64,000 nucleotides of DNA from Centroscyllium fabricii (taxonomy: Eukaryota): contig JBNRSN020000025.1 in assembly GCA_051313645.2 (NCBI GenBank), positions 28,334,001 through 28,398,000 on the forward strand. Direction: 5' to 3'. The position numbers were made by a program, and so were the translations under genes. Shown one piece after another: positions 51,589-64,000 of the stretch (the stretch's first letter is position 1; each line of letters opens with the position of its first letter). Below the pieces are notes generated by a model that saw nothing but the letters and a program-made list of their open reading frames with translations, had not been told where the DNA came from and did no database searches.

Positions 51589-52250
51589 GGGGCAATTTTC
51601 GGAGGGCCGTGAGGGCGGGTTTCCGGCAGGGCAGGGCTTAAAATCCCAAAACCGGGTGTCCCGACCCCATCCGCCGGAACTCCCGCAGCGTGTCCAGCCG
51701 ACCCAAATCTTTCCCGCCCGCCACCGGCGGGGTTGATTGTTGCGGTAATTAGGGGCCCTTAATTGACATGGGTAATCCCATTTTACGGGCCCCTCGCGAT
51801 TTTTAAGCCCTTCCCACCCATACCCCACCATCCTGAAACCCCGCCGGTGAAACCCAGCTGCCAAGAAAACACTCAAATCACTTACCTTGACAGATGCTGC
51901 AATGCTTCATAGAGAGATGTCCCCTCACTGTGAAAGCTTTGCAGCGTGTCCTTAGACCTGTCAGTCAACCCACTTGGGCTTTGAGATTGGTTGCACTCCA
52001 TTGTGATGTCACAATGGACTGTTTCCATGGAAACTAACAACACACAGTCCCTCGAACTGCCAATCAAACCTGACAACTGGCTGCTTTCCGACTGGAAATT
52101 GTGTATTGGCAGGGGCTTCCCACACACAGGCAATTAATTGGCCAGTTAAGCCCAAATTGCGTGGGGTTCCCAGGCCCTCAAACATTCATGTCAGAAACCT
52201 GACACGCCCAAAATCCGCCATCTTCCCACACCTTTGCGAAAATCCTCCCC
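51589..52250 (+). mobile_element. Harbinger-like MITE, distant relative of family A
   Basis: GGGGCAATTTTCG / CGAAAATCCTCCCC; shared GGTGAAACCCAGC and central cassette. Confidence 0.75.
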
Positions 52251-52704
52251 AGACTGTCTAAACCCAGTCAGTATTGGGTTTTTATATTGTACTAACAAGT
52301 TTTAGTCAAGTTTACAGCATATTGTAAGGTGACAAGTTAATGTTTTATGATGTAAACATAATCTGAGAGGCAAATCTGTACAGTAAATTGACTTTTTCCA
52401 ATATTTTAGCATTAAAAACATAAAATCCATACTTTTTTTGATGACATATTACACTTACTCCTGGTAAGCACGATTTGATGAAAAATTGCTCTTGCCATCT
52501 AGGTCTTAGTGAATGTGATTTTGGGTTTCTGTGCTGAGTTTAAGATATGGTACGTGTTTATGTAGACTATAGTTTCAATGGATTGTAAAGCTGAGCCATA
52601 TAAAGGACTCTCAAAGTAAGCCATGGACAGTTGCAAAGTACAGATGTTATGTGGTACGGTTTCAATAGATTTTCAATAAAGGGCAAGAATTTTTAAGAGA
52701 TTGA

Positions 52705-53430
52705 GGGGGAAAAATTCGGTAGCGCCCCATTTGGGGCTCTAACCTCGGCGGTGCGCTACTTTTAGCGCCCAGAAAAAGTTAGCGCCGTTCCTCCTGAAAT
52801 TGGGTTTTAGCGCCCCAAGTAGGAGGTTGGGCGCTACTGCAGGCACCCCACCTCGTTCTTTAGGCGCTACCACTCAATTTCGGGCGCTGTGGGTCGCTGC
52901 GCCACGCTCTGCAGAGTGCCGCGCCGCGGTACTGCAGGCCTCCCGCAACTGATTAAAGGGGAGTGGCCTAGCGCGGCTCGGGTCGGAGCCCCATTGGACC
53001 GCCGGGGATCGCAATGCAGCCAAAGGAGCCCAGCACTCGAGGGAAGTGCCGGGATCACGGAGCACAGCCAGCACTCCACGGGGCGGCATCGGGGACGGCA
53101 GAGGGGGCAGGTGCTGGCAGTCGGCCAGCGAGAAAAATGGCCACCTGGCACCCCCACCCCTTTAAACAGCGCTCTCCCTACTGCAAATACGCACCCCAGA
53201 CCCTGTCTGTGACAGCGTCCAGCGGTACGGCAGCGGGCACTACTGAAGTTCGCGGCCGGGGCGCTGCGCACGGTGATCACGTCATCGCCGGTGGCGCGGC
53301 ATTACCAGTTACCGCCAGCGCCCCACTGAATATCGCAGGAGGTGCCGACCAAGACGCTAAGTGCCTTGCGCCCCATTAGCAACCCTCTTCGGGCACTAAC
53401 GGGAGGCGCAAGAAACCACATTTTCCCCCC
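52705..53430 (+). mobile_element. Harbinger-like MITE, family C
   Basis: TIRs, TSD TGA; colinear with 32198-32911. Confidence 0.87.
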
Positions 53431-56400
53431 TGAAATCCTTCAGATGAAAGCAACATATATTTTTATGTTTAAATTGTGTAAAGCAATGCTGCTACTTTTC
53501 TACCTTTAAAATATTGTGACGTTTTTCAGCGATGCTCATAAGGTCTTCAAACCCATTTCTGTATCAGCTGCTGCTAAATACATTTATCTTGTTATTAAGG
53601 ATTTGTTCCAATATTACTGATGCTGAATAGGAAGAGACACACTAAATAGGACAAACTGCAAAGTGAGCAACAAGTTGAGATTGAACACCAACAGTTGATT
53701 TTCTTTGAAGAATCCATTCACAAAAGAAAGTGTTGCATGAAGGAACCTACCTTTAATGGACTCATTTACAAGTCTAATTGATGGCATTGGGTGTAAGTAT
53801 TGCAACGCTGCATTGGACTAGATTAAATTTCTTGATGTTTTCCATCTCAATCTTGCGGCCAGATAACAAATGCTTGCTCAAGTTTCACCGTCAATAAAGT
53901 ATATTGTTGGGGCATGTGCTAGCGTGCACACACCGTATTACTCTGTACATTTATCTCATTGATACCAGTACCTCTTAATCCCAAATCTCATCAGATTATT
54001 TTGAGATGATGTTGACTGCAAAAACGTCTGTTGCAGACTGACCGACTGAACTAAGGGAGGCATATCTTTTTAAAAGACCTAGTTGAAACTTGTCCTGCAT
54101 TACGACAAAGCGATGATTAGGCAGTAAGCTCAGTATACTTTAGGTATTGCCCGTAGTGCTATAGTTTGGATAGAGCTATACATTTACATGTTTTAATTTA
54201 AAAGTATATACAGTACAGTTGGAAACACAAATACTATATTTTTTTCAGGTAGAGGTGGGGTTGGTTGGAATTTATTATTGCAAAAAACAAATCAACAAGA
54301 CTTGTACACTTAATAATGCTTTCTCTGATTTTATATGGGATTTAAAAAAGTTTTTTAAAATTCCAGCCCCCAACCACCGACGGGCAATGTGCCTGCTTTC
54401 CGTGCCCCCAACCACGGGAATGTCAATCCGAATAGTTTTATCTAATTTCTGCTTGTCCCAATAAATGCATTTATATAACAATAACAACTTGCATTTATGT
54501 AGCATTGAAAAATGTCTTCAGGCTCTTCACCGAGGCAAAAGTAAAACCTGTACAGCGAGCCCAAGGAGATATTGGGTATGACCGCCAGTGGTGGGGCAAA
54601 GAGAGGGAGAAATAGACGAGGAAAAAGTGGGCATAAAATTAATGCCCATATTGAGTGTTTCGAAAAACAATCAGCGTATGAGATTTTTGTTAATTTTGTA
54701 TAGGTCCGCAAAAAAGCTATTGTTGGCTCACCGCTTGCTAAATGGTGATACACCAAGTACTTTGGTACCGAGCCATCTAGACCAGGATATCCTAGGTTTG
54801 ATCCTTGTTGGTGCAGTTACCTGATCTCAGCTGATGCAGTCAGGCGGGGTAGAGGGAGTGCACTGTTGTTGGCCTCAGTGTCTACAGACATCTTGGTCAG
54901 GTTCCCGCTCCTTATGACTACCCAGCAACCCCAGTTTCAAATATTGGATGAAGGCAGGATTTGGCTTGGTTGTAATGCGCCTTACTTTCAAATAGCTCAC
55001 CGATGGTCACTTTTTGGGAACACGCTAGAAAAGTTGTCACTTGGGCAAGGTACTCGAGGGTTGACATAAATCATGGAACTGTATCTAAGCCCCAGTCAGC
55101 GCCTTCAGGACAAAAAGGGAAAAAGCTGGAGAAGGAACGTATTTTGAAACAAAACACTTTCATCCTTAGTAATTAATTGTTTGTGTGTTAAATATTATTT
55201 TTAAAACTCTGAATTGAACAATTTATCCTTTAAAGTATTGACTGGTTTGTTCATAGGATGTAAATTGTGTCGGTAGGATAAAGAGGACATAGAAACTGTT
55301 CTGTTTACCAGATGTGAAGAGTAAAATGGCAGAAAACCATTTGTGCAAAGAATTTACTGCTGAGCTTAAGGCGGATTTATAGTGACCCTGGTAGTAGTCT
55401 TTGTAGTAATGGTGGTGCAGAGTGGGGGAGGGAGTTGGTGAAGAATAAAAGATAACGCATTCAAATTTGTGGCTGTTTATGAAAAACATAGGGAGCTTAG
55501 CCATGGGACCCTTTGATTTGGTAGCCATGCCACAGGGGTTATTAGCCAGATCAATATCTTCCACCAATTGACTCTATTCTGCTTCTATTTAGGATAAAGT
55601 AGAAGAAAAATGTTCAATAGAAATGTTATTTGACCAGAGGTAGACCTGACAGAGTATCTCGTGTTTGTGTTTTACCACATAAAAATAATAAACTAACGAT
55701 CAGAAGTATAATTGATAATGAGAAAGGGAGTGGATGAGGGATCCAAACGTTATGGACATAGAGAAACAAAAAATAGTTTGACACGTGTATTTACAAGTTC
55801 AAGTTTAACACCGTCCTATGCTTAAAAATATACGAGACTTTTTTTGAAAGTGAAAAATATTTGATTGTCATTACAGTATAGCTGTGTCATTACTTTGTAT
55901 GTAAAATATGTATGAATGAAATATACCTTTAAATGAAAAGTTATAGAAATAAACCCCAAAGAGTTTGATCATTTCAGAGTTGTAAGATTAGTGCAGAATA
56001 TTTGATATATGGCATGTTGGTACAAAAAAATTCCTACCTGTAACTTTTACACTGTGAACAACTATTGATTTAAAACCAGTTTCAACTCCTAGATGACCCT
56101 ACATTTGGCATTGTTTAAGAGTTTTGAAGCGCTCATCTGCAACCCCCCCCCCTTTCACGGTCATGTTAAATTCACTCCTTTCTGGTCATCACAAAAACAC
56201 TGTGACTGTAATCATTAAGGGGCATTCAAGGCAATTAAAGCTAACCATCCCTGATGATCACTTTTCAAGATGGCAATTAAAGCTTGAACGAATTATAAAA
56301 AAGGGGCCAGACAGGACTTTTACAGCTGCATGGTGACTCTCTTTAATTCCTTCTCCCCTCACAGCTGGGGGCCAAATATTTGGATTTTTTGTGTCTCTTT

Positions 56401-56756
56401 TGGGGTTGGTGGTAAAGTTATAAAGTTGCCAATAAAATTTTAAAAGGCAGGTTCAGCATTATTTTCTGCTTTAGCTTTAGCCCTGGGTGTATAGCAGTTT
56501 GGAGAATATAGTTTTGGCATGAATTGTTCAATTCTGTTTGTTTCTATCTCCCATTATAAATGTACACAAAGTTCTACTCATTTCTAGTAGGGTCTCTAAC
56601 TTGATACCTTTAATACAGTTTTTAAAGACTATCATGATTTAATGAAAACAGTGTATGGTTGAAATATTTTTATTTAATGAAGAAAATTATGATTTACAAT
56701 GTATTTGCAGAAATAACCAAATATAAAGCTAACGCTAGTTAAAAATCATTTTTATT

Positions 56757-57132
56757 GCGCGGCACGGTGGCACAGCAGTTAGCACTGTTGTCTCACAGCA
56801 CTGGAGACCCGGGTTCAAATCCAGCCTCGGGTGACTATCTGTGTGGAGTTTGCACATTCTCCCCGTGTCTGCGTGGGTTTCCTCCCACAGTCCAAAGATG
56901 TGCGGGTTAGGTTGATTGGCCAGGATAAATTGACCCTTAGTGTTAGGGGGACTGAATATGTGGGGGTTACGGGGATAGGGTGGGATATGTGTCGCTGCAG
57001 GCTCGATAGGGATATGGGGAGGGGGCGGGGACAGGGTACTGGGTTTGGATGATCAGCCATGATCTCATTGAATGGCGGAGCAGCCTCGAAGGGCCGAATG
57101 GCCTACTCCTGCTTCTAGTTTCTATGTTTCTA
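56757..57132 (+). mobile_element. HE1-like SINE
   Basis: A/B boxes, V-domain, CR1 tail. Confidence 0.9.
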
Positions 57133-58515
57133 ATTGGGGTGGAAAAAAACATCAGTTGTAATCTGATAATGGAGCGTGGGAAATATAGTGCCATTACTTT
57201 TAAAGCAGAAAACCTTTATGGAGATGTGACTATGGGTAAGGTTTGTTTTTCCCATCGCGGTAACGATAGTGTACTGCTAGTTGCCTTATGGGGTCGTGAG
57301 GTCAGATTCAGGAGTTAGAAAGTCCACAGTCACTAGGGACTTTACCATCTGGTGGTCATAAAACAGGTAATGGTCAAAGTTTCTTTATTTTGGAGGGGGG
57401 AAGAGGCGGGGAAGGAAGACATGGTCCAGACTGTTGAAGTGAGGCCATGCCCTGAAGCAGACAGTGTTATGGCCATACTTTTTTCTGCTTGTGTGTCTGC
57501 TGAAGGGTCAAAAGTTCAGGCTGTCCAATTTGGAGATAGGGGCAGGCGGGAGGGCTGGAATGCAAAGCTGTAAACCTGCTTCTCCCTGCCACTCCCCCTT
57601 TCCCTTACTACCCGCCTCTCTGCCTCCACATGCTGTGAGGGGGATCAGCTGTATCCCAGGCTATATGCACGGAAAAGCTGCCATTGTCCCTTCCCCTGCC
57701 AGTACTGATTATTCTTCCCATTGAGAGGTTAAAACCCCTAGTGGGGGGCTTTTAAATCTGCCACCGACAGTAAAAAAAGAAATGACTCCTTTCCCTGGAT
57801 CTAACTATTCTGTTTTTAAATAACAATCAGTCACTTATTTATAATAAAATCTGCTAAATAGTAAACATTATAGGAGTCACAATTTGACCCAATTACCTGC
57901 GTTGAGTTTTCTCTACAAGTTGTTTTGCTGCACTAACTACAATATAGAACATTTATAATACTACGGAACCATGTGCTACGCTGCTTTTAATTTGGATCAT
58001 TAAAGCTTTATATTTTCTTTTAATTATAATAAATTTATGTTTAGAGTTGTTGCTATGTTCATTGGTAAATGTCCACATGGTATGTTACATCTTGTGAAGG
58101 GAATAGTGGTTGAATTATTACAGGGGATATCTCAAATGGCGAGTTGCTGGTTTTGGTGTGCTGTGGAGAGGCAGTGAATAGGCATTAGGTACTTCCTTAC
58201 AGAGAGAAAGGGAAATCTAGGGCTACTACAATGCCTTAAAGGGAAAATTTACTTTACTAAACTGTCACAGAATCATAAATGTTACCAGTGTGGTTTGTCA
58301 GCTCTGGCTCCCCTGTTTAATGTTTTAGAACTGCTAGTTAGAGGTAGCCCAAGGGCAGACATTTTGTATAGTAATTCTCCATGCAAGATTCTGAAGTTCC
58401 ACTCTGGTGATGTTATTAATGGGGTCCATGGGTTGTGAACTGCATTCCCAATTCATCATGATTTGACTGAAGTGGAACTTAATGAAGTCATATGAGGGGC
58501 ACCTCTGCACAAAAT

Positions 58516-59279
58516 GGTGGGGGGGGTTTCATGTCCCCGTGAGGCGGGGTTTTCGGCAGCCCGGCCGGCAAAATAGCGGAACCAGTAGGTCCCTATCCCC
58601 GCCGCTTTCTCATTTCCCCCCCGCCCAGATTTCCCGCCCCAAAACCTTCCTGCCGCCGGCCGGCGGGGATGGGTTGTCACCTCGTTAAGAGCCCCTAATT
58701 GGCATCTTTAATGCCATTTTAAGGGCCCTCAGCCATTTTGCCCTGTTTACCGCCCTAACCCCGCCACCCTAAACCCCCAGCGGGAGCACAGCGCTGGTTA
58801 TAACTTTCTCCTTCAAGCTGTGAAGGACATGCTGCCAAATGCTTGGCATGCCTCCAGCACCTTAGAGGAGTAAGTAACTCCGCTGTGGCCGCAGCAGCTG
58901 TGAGCAGAAACTGAGAAATCTCAGCTCTGCACATTTCCTCACAGCCGCTGCAAGCTGTCAAGAATTCTGAGCCTGCCTGCTCACCTGTCAGTCACCAGCA
59001 CTTGACCGTTCCCACTGGTTCCACTCCACTGTGATGTCACAGTGGAGTGTTTCCATGGGAACTGTCAACAACCAGTGCTGGAACTGTCAATCAAACTCCT
59101 CGCAGCCCCGATGCAGCCCGACTCGATTGACTTAATTACCTCCCGCTGCCGCCGGAGGGGATTTAACAACCTAATTAAACTAAAATTGCGTGGCCTTCCC
59201 AGCTGTTTGGGCGGGCGGGGCCGGAGGCGGCCCAGAACAATCGCCGCCAGGTTTCCGCCCTTCCAGCGAAATCCCCCCG
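58516..59279 (+). mobile_element. Harbinger-like MITE, family A
   Basis: Colinear, high similarity to 42984-43765. Confidence 0.88.
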
Positions 59280-59905
59280 AATGTCTCTGCCAGGTCTGCC
59301 TTGCACAACAGGGTAATCAGGGCAACTGAGGAAAACCACTGAGTGTGCAGATATAAACCTTTGTAACATTTAGGATGATAAAGACAATTCAGTAGGATGT
59401 ATGGTTCACCATTTAACTCATTTTCTAATTTTTTTGTTCTATTTTTTGTAATTAAAAGGAAACTAAATGTGCACGCCACCTGATCTTTTTGCTTCAGTTT
59501 TCTTCTTCCATTTCTCCCCTTTTCTCCCTGTTATGAAGGTGATACCTCATGCTGAGGTGACATTGATATGCCAGCCTCTCCCTCAAATTTACATTTGTCG
59601 TGTGTGAGCCCCGACAGTGGTTACTACGCTATTCAATGAGTTAGTGAGCTATTCAATCATGGGTTCCAACATCTATATGACCACCTCCACCAGGGGTCAT
59701 TTAACGGTGATCAGGGGGAGGACCCCAACTTTATTTTTCTTCCACCTTCTTAGCCTGGGGACTCTAGTGCCAATGGTAGCATCCTGATCTCTGTGGCTTA
59801 GATTGCTTAATTCAGCATAGACAATGGATAAAACTGTGGACCTTCCTTATCACTGTGACAAACTTTTGGGTGCAGGGCACTACTAACGCAATTTTAAAAC
59901 ATTAT

Positions 59906-60063
59906 GGGGATAGATTTTTGTCTTCATCGCCTGGGCGTAGTCTGATGGAACAGATTGCCCGCCTGTTTTAAAATCTGTCCAATAAAAATCATTGGGTTCT
60001 ATAATGGGCAGGCGATCTGCTCTGCCAAATTACCGCCCAGTGGTGAAGACGAAAATCTACCCC
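59906..60063. mobile_element. 158-bp palindromic Harbinger-like MITE
   Basis: GGGGATAGATTTTTGTCTTCA / TGAAGACGAAAATCTACCCC; TSD TAT; whole element is an imperfect hairpin. Confidence 0.85.
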
Positions 60064-60806
60064 TATTGAAAGCTTATCACATCCACTGGTATGTGCTGTA
60101 CGTACATTTATTCAAAATTCTTCCTGGCCAGAAGTCCTCATACTTGCTCAGCCGCTGACCTCCGCTCCTGACACCACTGGAGTACTCGGGTCAGGGTGGG
60201 ATAATCGTATCTTAATTATTAATGGTGAGTGGCTGTGCCAGTTTGTTTGAATTTTGGGTCCTGCTAGAGAGGGAGAAAAAGATGCAATGCTGAATAGCTA
60301 CTTGAGAATGCCACGGGCATGCATGCCCCTTCCAAAAGTTCCATCCCTGCAGGTAAGTCACCCGATGATTAAAAGTCAGTTCCGGGGTCTTTCATGCCAT
60401 GATGCTGACTTGCAGACCCTAGTAGGTTGAATTTGCACCCCTCCAAGAATCAGGATGCTGGTTTATTTCCAATATCCAGATTGTTAGATGCAAAGGCATA
60501 AGCTGTGGGAATTTCACTGGGGAAACCATCCCTCCAACCCCCTCCTGACATTGGGCCTTTCGTGAGGCAGATGGAAGTTCTGCTCGCCCTCGGTTTCAGC
60601 GGAAATTTGGCTCGTCTGAACGATGGACCTGGCATTGCTGGATCCCACCAAATCTTTCCACTCACAGAGCCTCTTCCACCCACGTTACCCCCTGCCCCAT
60701 TGCGCCCAGGCTCTGAAGATATTTACGCCTTTGGCTTCCATTTCCCTTTAAATTTGCGTCTTGGCCTTCCTTCCCGTCTTCCTACAGATCTCTCCATAGA
60801 TACTAA

Positions 60807-61554
60807 GGGGAATATTTTCATGTCCCCGTGAAGCGGGGTTCTGGGTGGCCCGGCCGGCAAAATAGCGGAACCGGCACGTCCCCCCCTCGCCCGGCCGTAT
60901 CCCCGCCACTTTCTCATTTTTCCCCTGCCCAGATTCCCCGCCTGACCTTCCTGCCGCCGGCCGGCGGGGATGGGTTGTCACCTCGTTAAGGGCCCTTAAT
61001 TGGCATCTTTAATGACATTTTAAGGGCCCTCAGCCATTTTGCCCTGTTTCCCGCCCTAACCCCGCCACCCTAAACCCAGCGGGAGCACAGCGCTGGTTCT
61101 TACTTTCTCCTTCAAGGTGCTGAAGGACATGCTGTCAAATGCTTGGCATGCCTCCAGCACCTTAGTAAGGAGTAAGTTGCTCCGCTGTGGCTGCAGCAGC
61201 TGTGAGCAGAAACTGAGAAAACTCCGCTCTGAACACTTCCTCACAGCCGCTGCGAGCTGTCAAGAATTCTGAGCCCGCCCGCCCACCTGTCAGTCACCAG
61301 CACTTGACCGTTCCCATTGGTTCCACTCCACTGTGATGTCACAGTGGAGTGTTTCCATGGGAACTGTCAACAATCTGCAGCCCTGATGCAGCCCGACTCG
61401 ATTGACCTAATTACCTCCCGCTGTCGCCGGCGTAGATTTAACAACCTATTTAAACTAAAATTGCGTGGCCTTTCCAGCTGTTTGGGCGGGCAGGGCCGGA
61501 GGCCGCCCAGACCAATCCCCGCCAGGTTCCCACCCTTCCGGCAAAATCCCCCCC
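60807..61554 (+). mobile_element. Harbinger-like MITE, family A
   Basis: TIRs with the typical Harbinger TSD TAA. Confidence 0.9.
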
Positions 61555-63373
61555 TAATATTCAAAATCTCCATGTCTTTTTGAGTAAACAGTATCAGCTC
61601 TTAGATGAAACATTCTCTGACGGTAGCATACTTCACCCCTGATGCTCAAACTGCTCTGTTGGAAGGAGGTAGTGGGAGCTCCCAGATTAGGAATGGGTGT
61701 AAATATCAAATCTTTCATTTGAAAAATTCTAGATCTGTCATTGAAGCAGACGTTTTGAGCTGAGGATAACATTTGAAATAGATAGTGGTTTTTTTTGCTA
61801 GCTTGCTGGTATAGTTTTTGCAAGATCTCTTTGAAAAAGGACATTGCACCTTCATATTATCAATTTTTAACTTATTTTAATATGTATCCTTCATAAAACA
61901 CCATAAATTGTTTAATGTAACTCAATTTTGAAGGTGGTAGCATGACAAGTCCAAATGATTTGGGAATCCAGTAAATTAGTCAAGTTATGATTGAGGATAC
62001 GAGGCATGCTCAAATTGTTATCTGTTCACATGTGAAATGAGGCAGAGTCCACTGGTTCAAAAGGTCATAACCTTTTCTTTACTGGTTACTACAGATTCTT
62101 GGAACTCAGATGTGGGGGTGGCAGTGGAATGGTATCGGCAACAATGGAGCTGTATATCACTTTTAAAGCAGCAATGGCCTTATAACCCTTTTGGTTACTG
62201 TACTCATACCTATATTTAAGCATTGGGCATAATAAAGCTTTTGCAACTGTGCTAGGACACCAGAGTGAATGCAAATTTAATTAGATTTTTTTCTCTCTGG
62301 AATCTTTGGTACGACCCAGATTGCTCTTTTACTGGCCCCCAGTGCTGATCATCCTTCTTCGGGGAGTGTTTGTAGCCCCCTACCGCGAAGCCTAAATCCT
62401 CAAAGCTTTCTAGTGAGAAACATCAAAAAGGTGCAAAGGCAAAAAATATGGGATTCATTACAGACCTAATTAAGCTTGGGGGAAAATAATCATTTCCTGG
62501 GCCAATTTTCAGAAGGGCAGTTGCACACATTTCTGTTGCATAACTACATTGCATATTAATGGTAACTTAATACTGTAGCTTGCATACATCTTTTTGTGTA
62601 TCTATAGGTTTTGAGGTGCTCGGGCTACATTTCCATCTATATCCTCTTCTAAAATGCTGATTGTGAGCAAAAAAATGTAACAGAAAGATTTCTTGCTTTT
62701 ATACTTTAGTTGAATTAGATAATCTGTTTTGCAGAGTAGTTTGAACCTCATTTACTTGCAGTCTGGCCTATGCCCCTGCAAATGACAAGATTGTGAGAGT
62801 ATACACAAGAATGATTAAAACATGAGCAGGGTTTATTGTTTGCAGCACATATATAGTACATCTTCTACATCCTTCAACCAGAATAAAGGTTAAATTGCCA
62901 TATACAGTAAGGTGGATGTTCACTTTACGATTGGGTTGATTTATGCTAAGCAGAGTCCTAAATATGGTGTGGAGAATATGCTGTAGGAAGACAATCCTTT
63001 GTGTTGTACTAACATTTGGTGCCTACACAAGTTTTGAGATCTCCTGAGGCCTTCTGCCAAACTGATTTATTATCTTCTTGAGCTTTTGAAGACTTGAGTA
63101 CACAGTACGGTACAAAGTATGAAATCAGAGACGTGAAACAACTTTAATCCAAACTGTGGTACTGCAGGTCTGGAGAAATCAAGTGTTCCTCAGTCCTGCA
63201 ACTGAAAAGGTTTGAGCAGGCTACTGGGATATAGAATTTCGTACAGGATTTGACCATTGGCCAGTACCACAATTTCTCTACCAATTCCAGTTTAATATGT
63301 GGAGACAAGCACTTCCAGTAAATAGATCGGTTGAGAGATTGCCACTGTTAGTGCTTGTTGTAATACTGTATGG

Positions 63374-63865
63374 CAGCGGTCTCCAACCGCCGGTCCGCGG
63401 ACCGGCAGAGGGCCGCGTGACAGTTTTACCGGTCCGCGGAAGATTTTGAGAATCCGCGCATGCGCAGATACAACGCCCTTGCCGCGGACCTTTGGGTAAT
63501 GTTCGGCGCATGCGCCGAATCACAGACCCTGCCGCGGCCCGTTGTCAATTGATCGACACGGGCCGTGGCAATGTCTGTGAATCGGCGCATGCGCTGAATC
63601 TCAGAACCTTCAGCCGACGGAAGCGGCACAGACGGAAGGCAGCAAATCCGCCGGTAACCTTTGAAATCTCCGTCCTCCTCCTCCCCTGCTGAGAATAAAA
63701 TTGGCCGTCCTCCTCCCCCCCACCCCCCCCCCAGCTGATAGTAAAAATCTCCGTCAGCACCACCCCCACTGAGAGTAAAAATCTCCGTCAGGACCCCCCA
63801 CCGGTCCGCGAAGAAATTGACAAGCCCAAAACGGGCCGCGAATGCACAAAGGTTGGGGACCGCTG
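63374..63865. mobile_element. hAT/Charlie-like MITE
   Basis: TIR CAGCGGTCTCCAACC / GGTTGGGGACCGCTG; 8-bp TSD CTGTATGG. Confidence 0.92.
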
Positions 63866-64000
63866 CTGTATGGCATACATTATTTACTGTTTCTTGGTTT
63901 TGACTGTTAAAAGAAAACAAAATGTAATCAATGACTAAGTTTTTATATCTTATGGCCTTGAACCAGTAATTTACACAACAGTGGTGTTTTCCAACCCTGC

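Larger units (their letters stand above)
10205..64000 (+). other. SKI: Probable SKI intron 1 (continues beyond the window)
   Basis: Canonical donor GTAAGC; no recognisable exon 2 in the ORF track; this intron is large in other vertebrates. Confidence 0.6.

Overview
Vertebrate genomic DNA, most likely a cartilaginous fish (shark/ray), inferred from HE1-like V-SINEs sharing a 3' tail with HER1/CR1 LINEs and a SacSINE/DeuSINE remnant. The only host gene is SKI: its large first coding exon (ATG 9266 to donor 10204/10205) encodes the SMAD2/3-binding segment, Dachshund-homology and SAND-like domains. No exon 2 was recognised, so the remaining ~54 kb is read as intron 1. Upstream lie a decayed Gypsy LTR retrotransposon (128-4647, TSD AGTG, most of the 5' LTR and gag deleted) and a Rex1-associated local duplication. 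The intron is crowded with CR1 LINEs, SINEs and hAT, Tc1/mariner and Harbinger-type MITEs. Most notable: (1) two short Penelope-like inverted-repeat families carrying minimal hammerhead ribozyme motifs, with intact cores on the SKI sense strand; (2) five same-orientation Harbinger-like MITEs carrying a conserved GC-box/CCAAT/CRE-like/RFX cassette; (3) a non-repetitive-looking CpG-rich intronic island with an RFX X-box. All calls are by eye; no database search was run and repeat boundaries are approximate unless a TSD is quoted.
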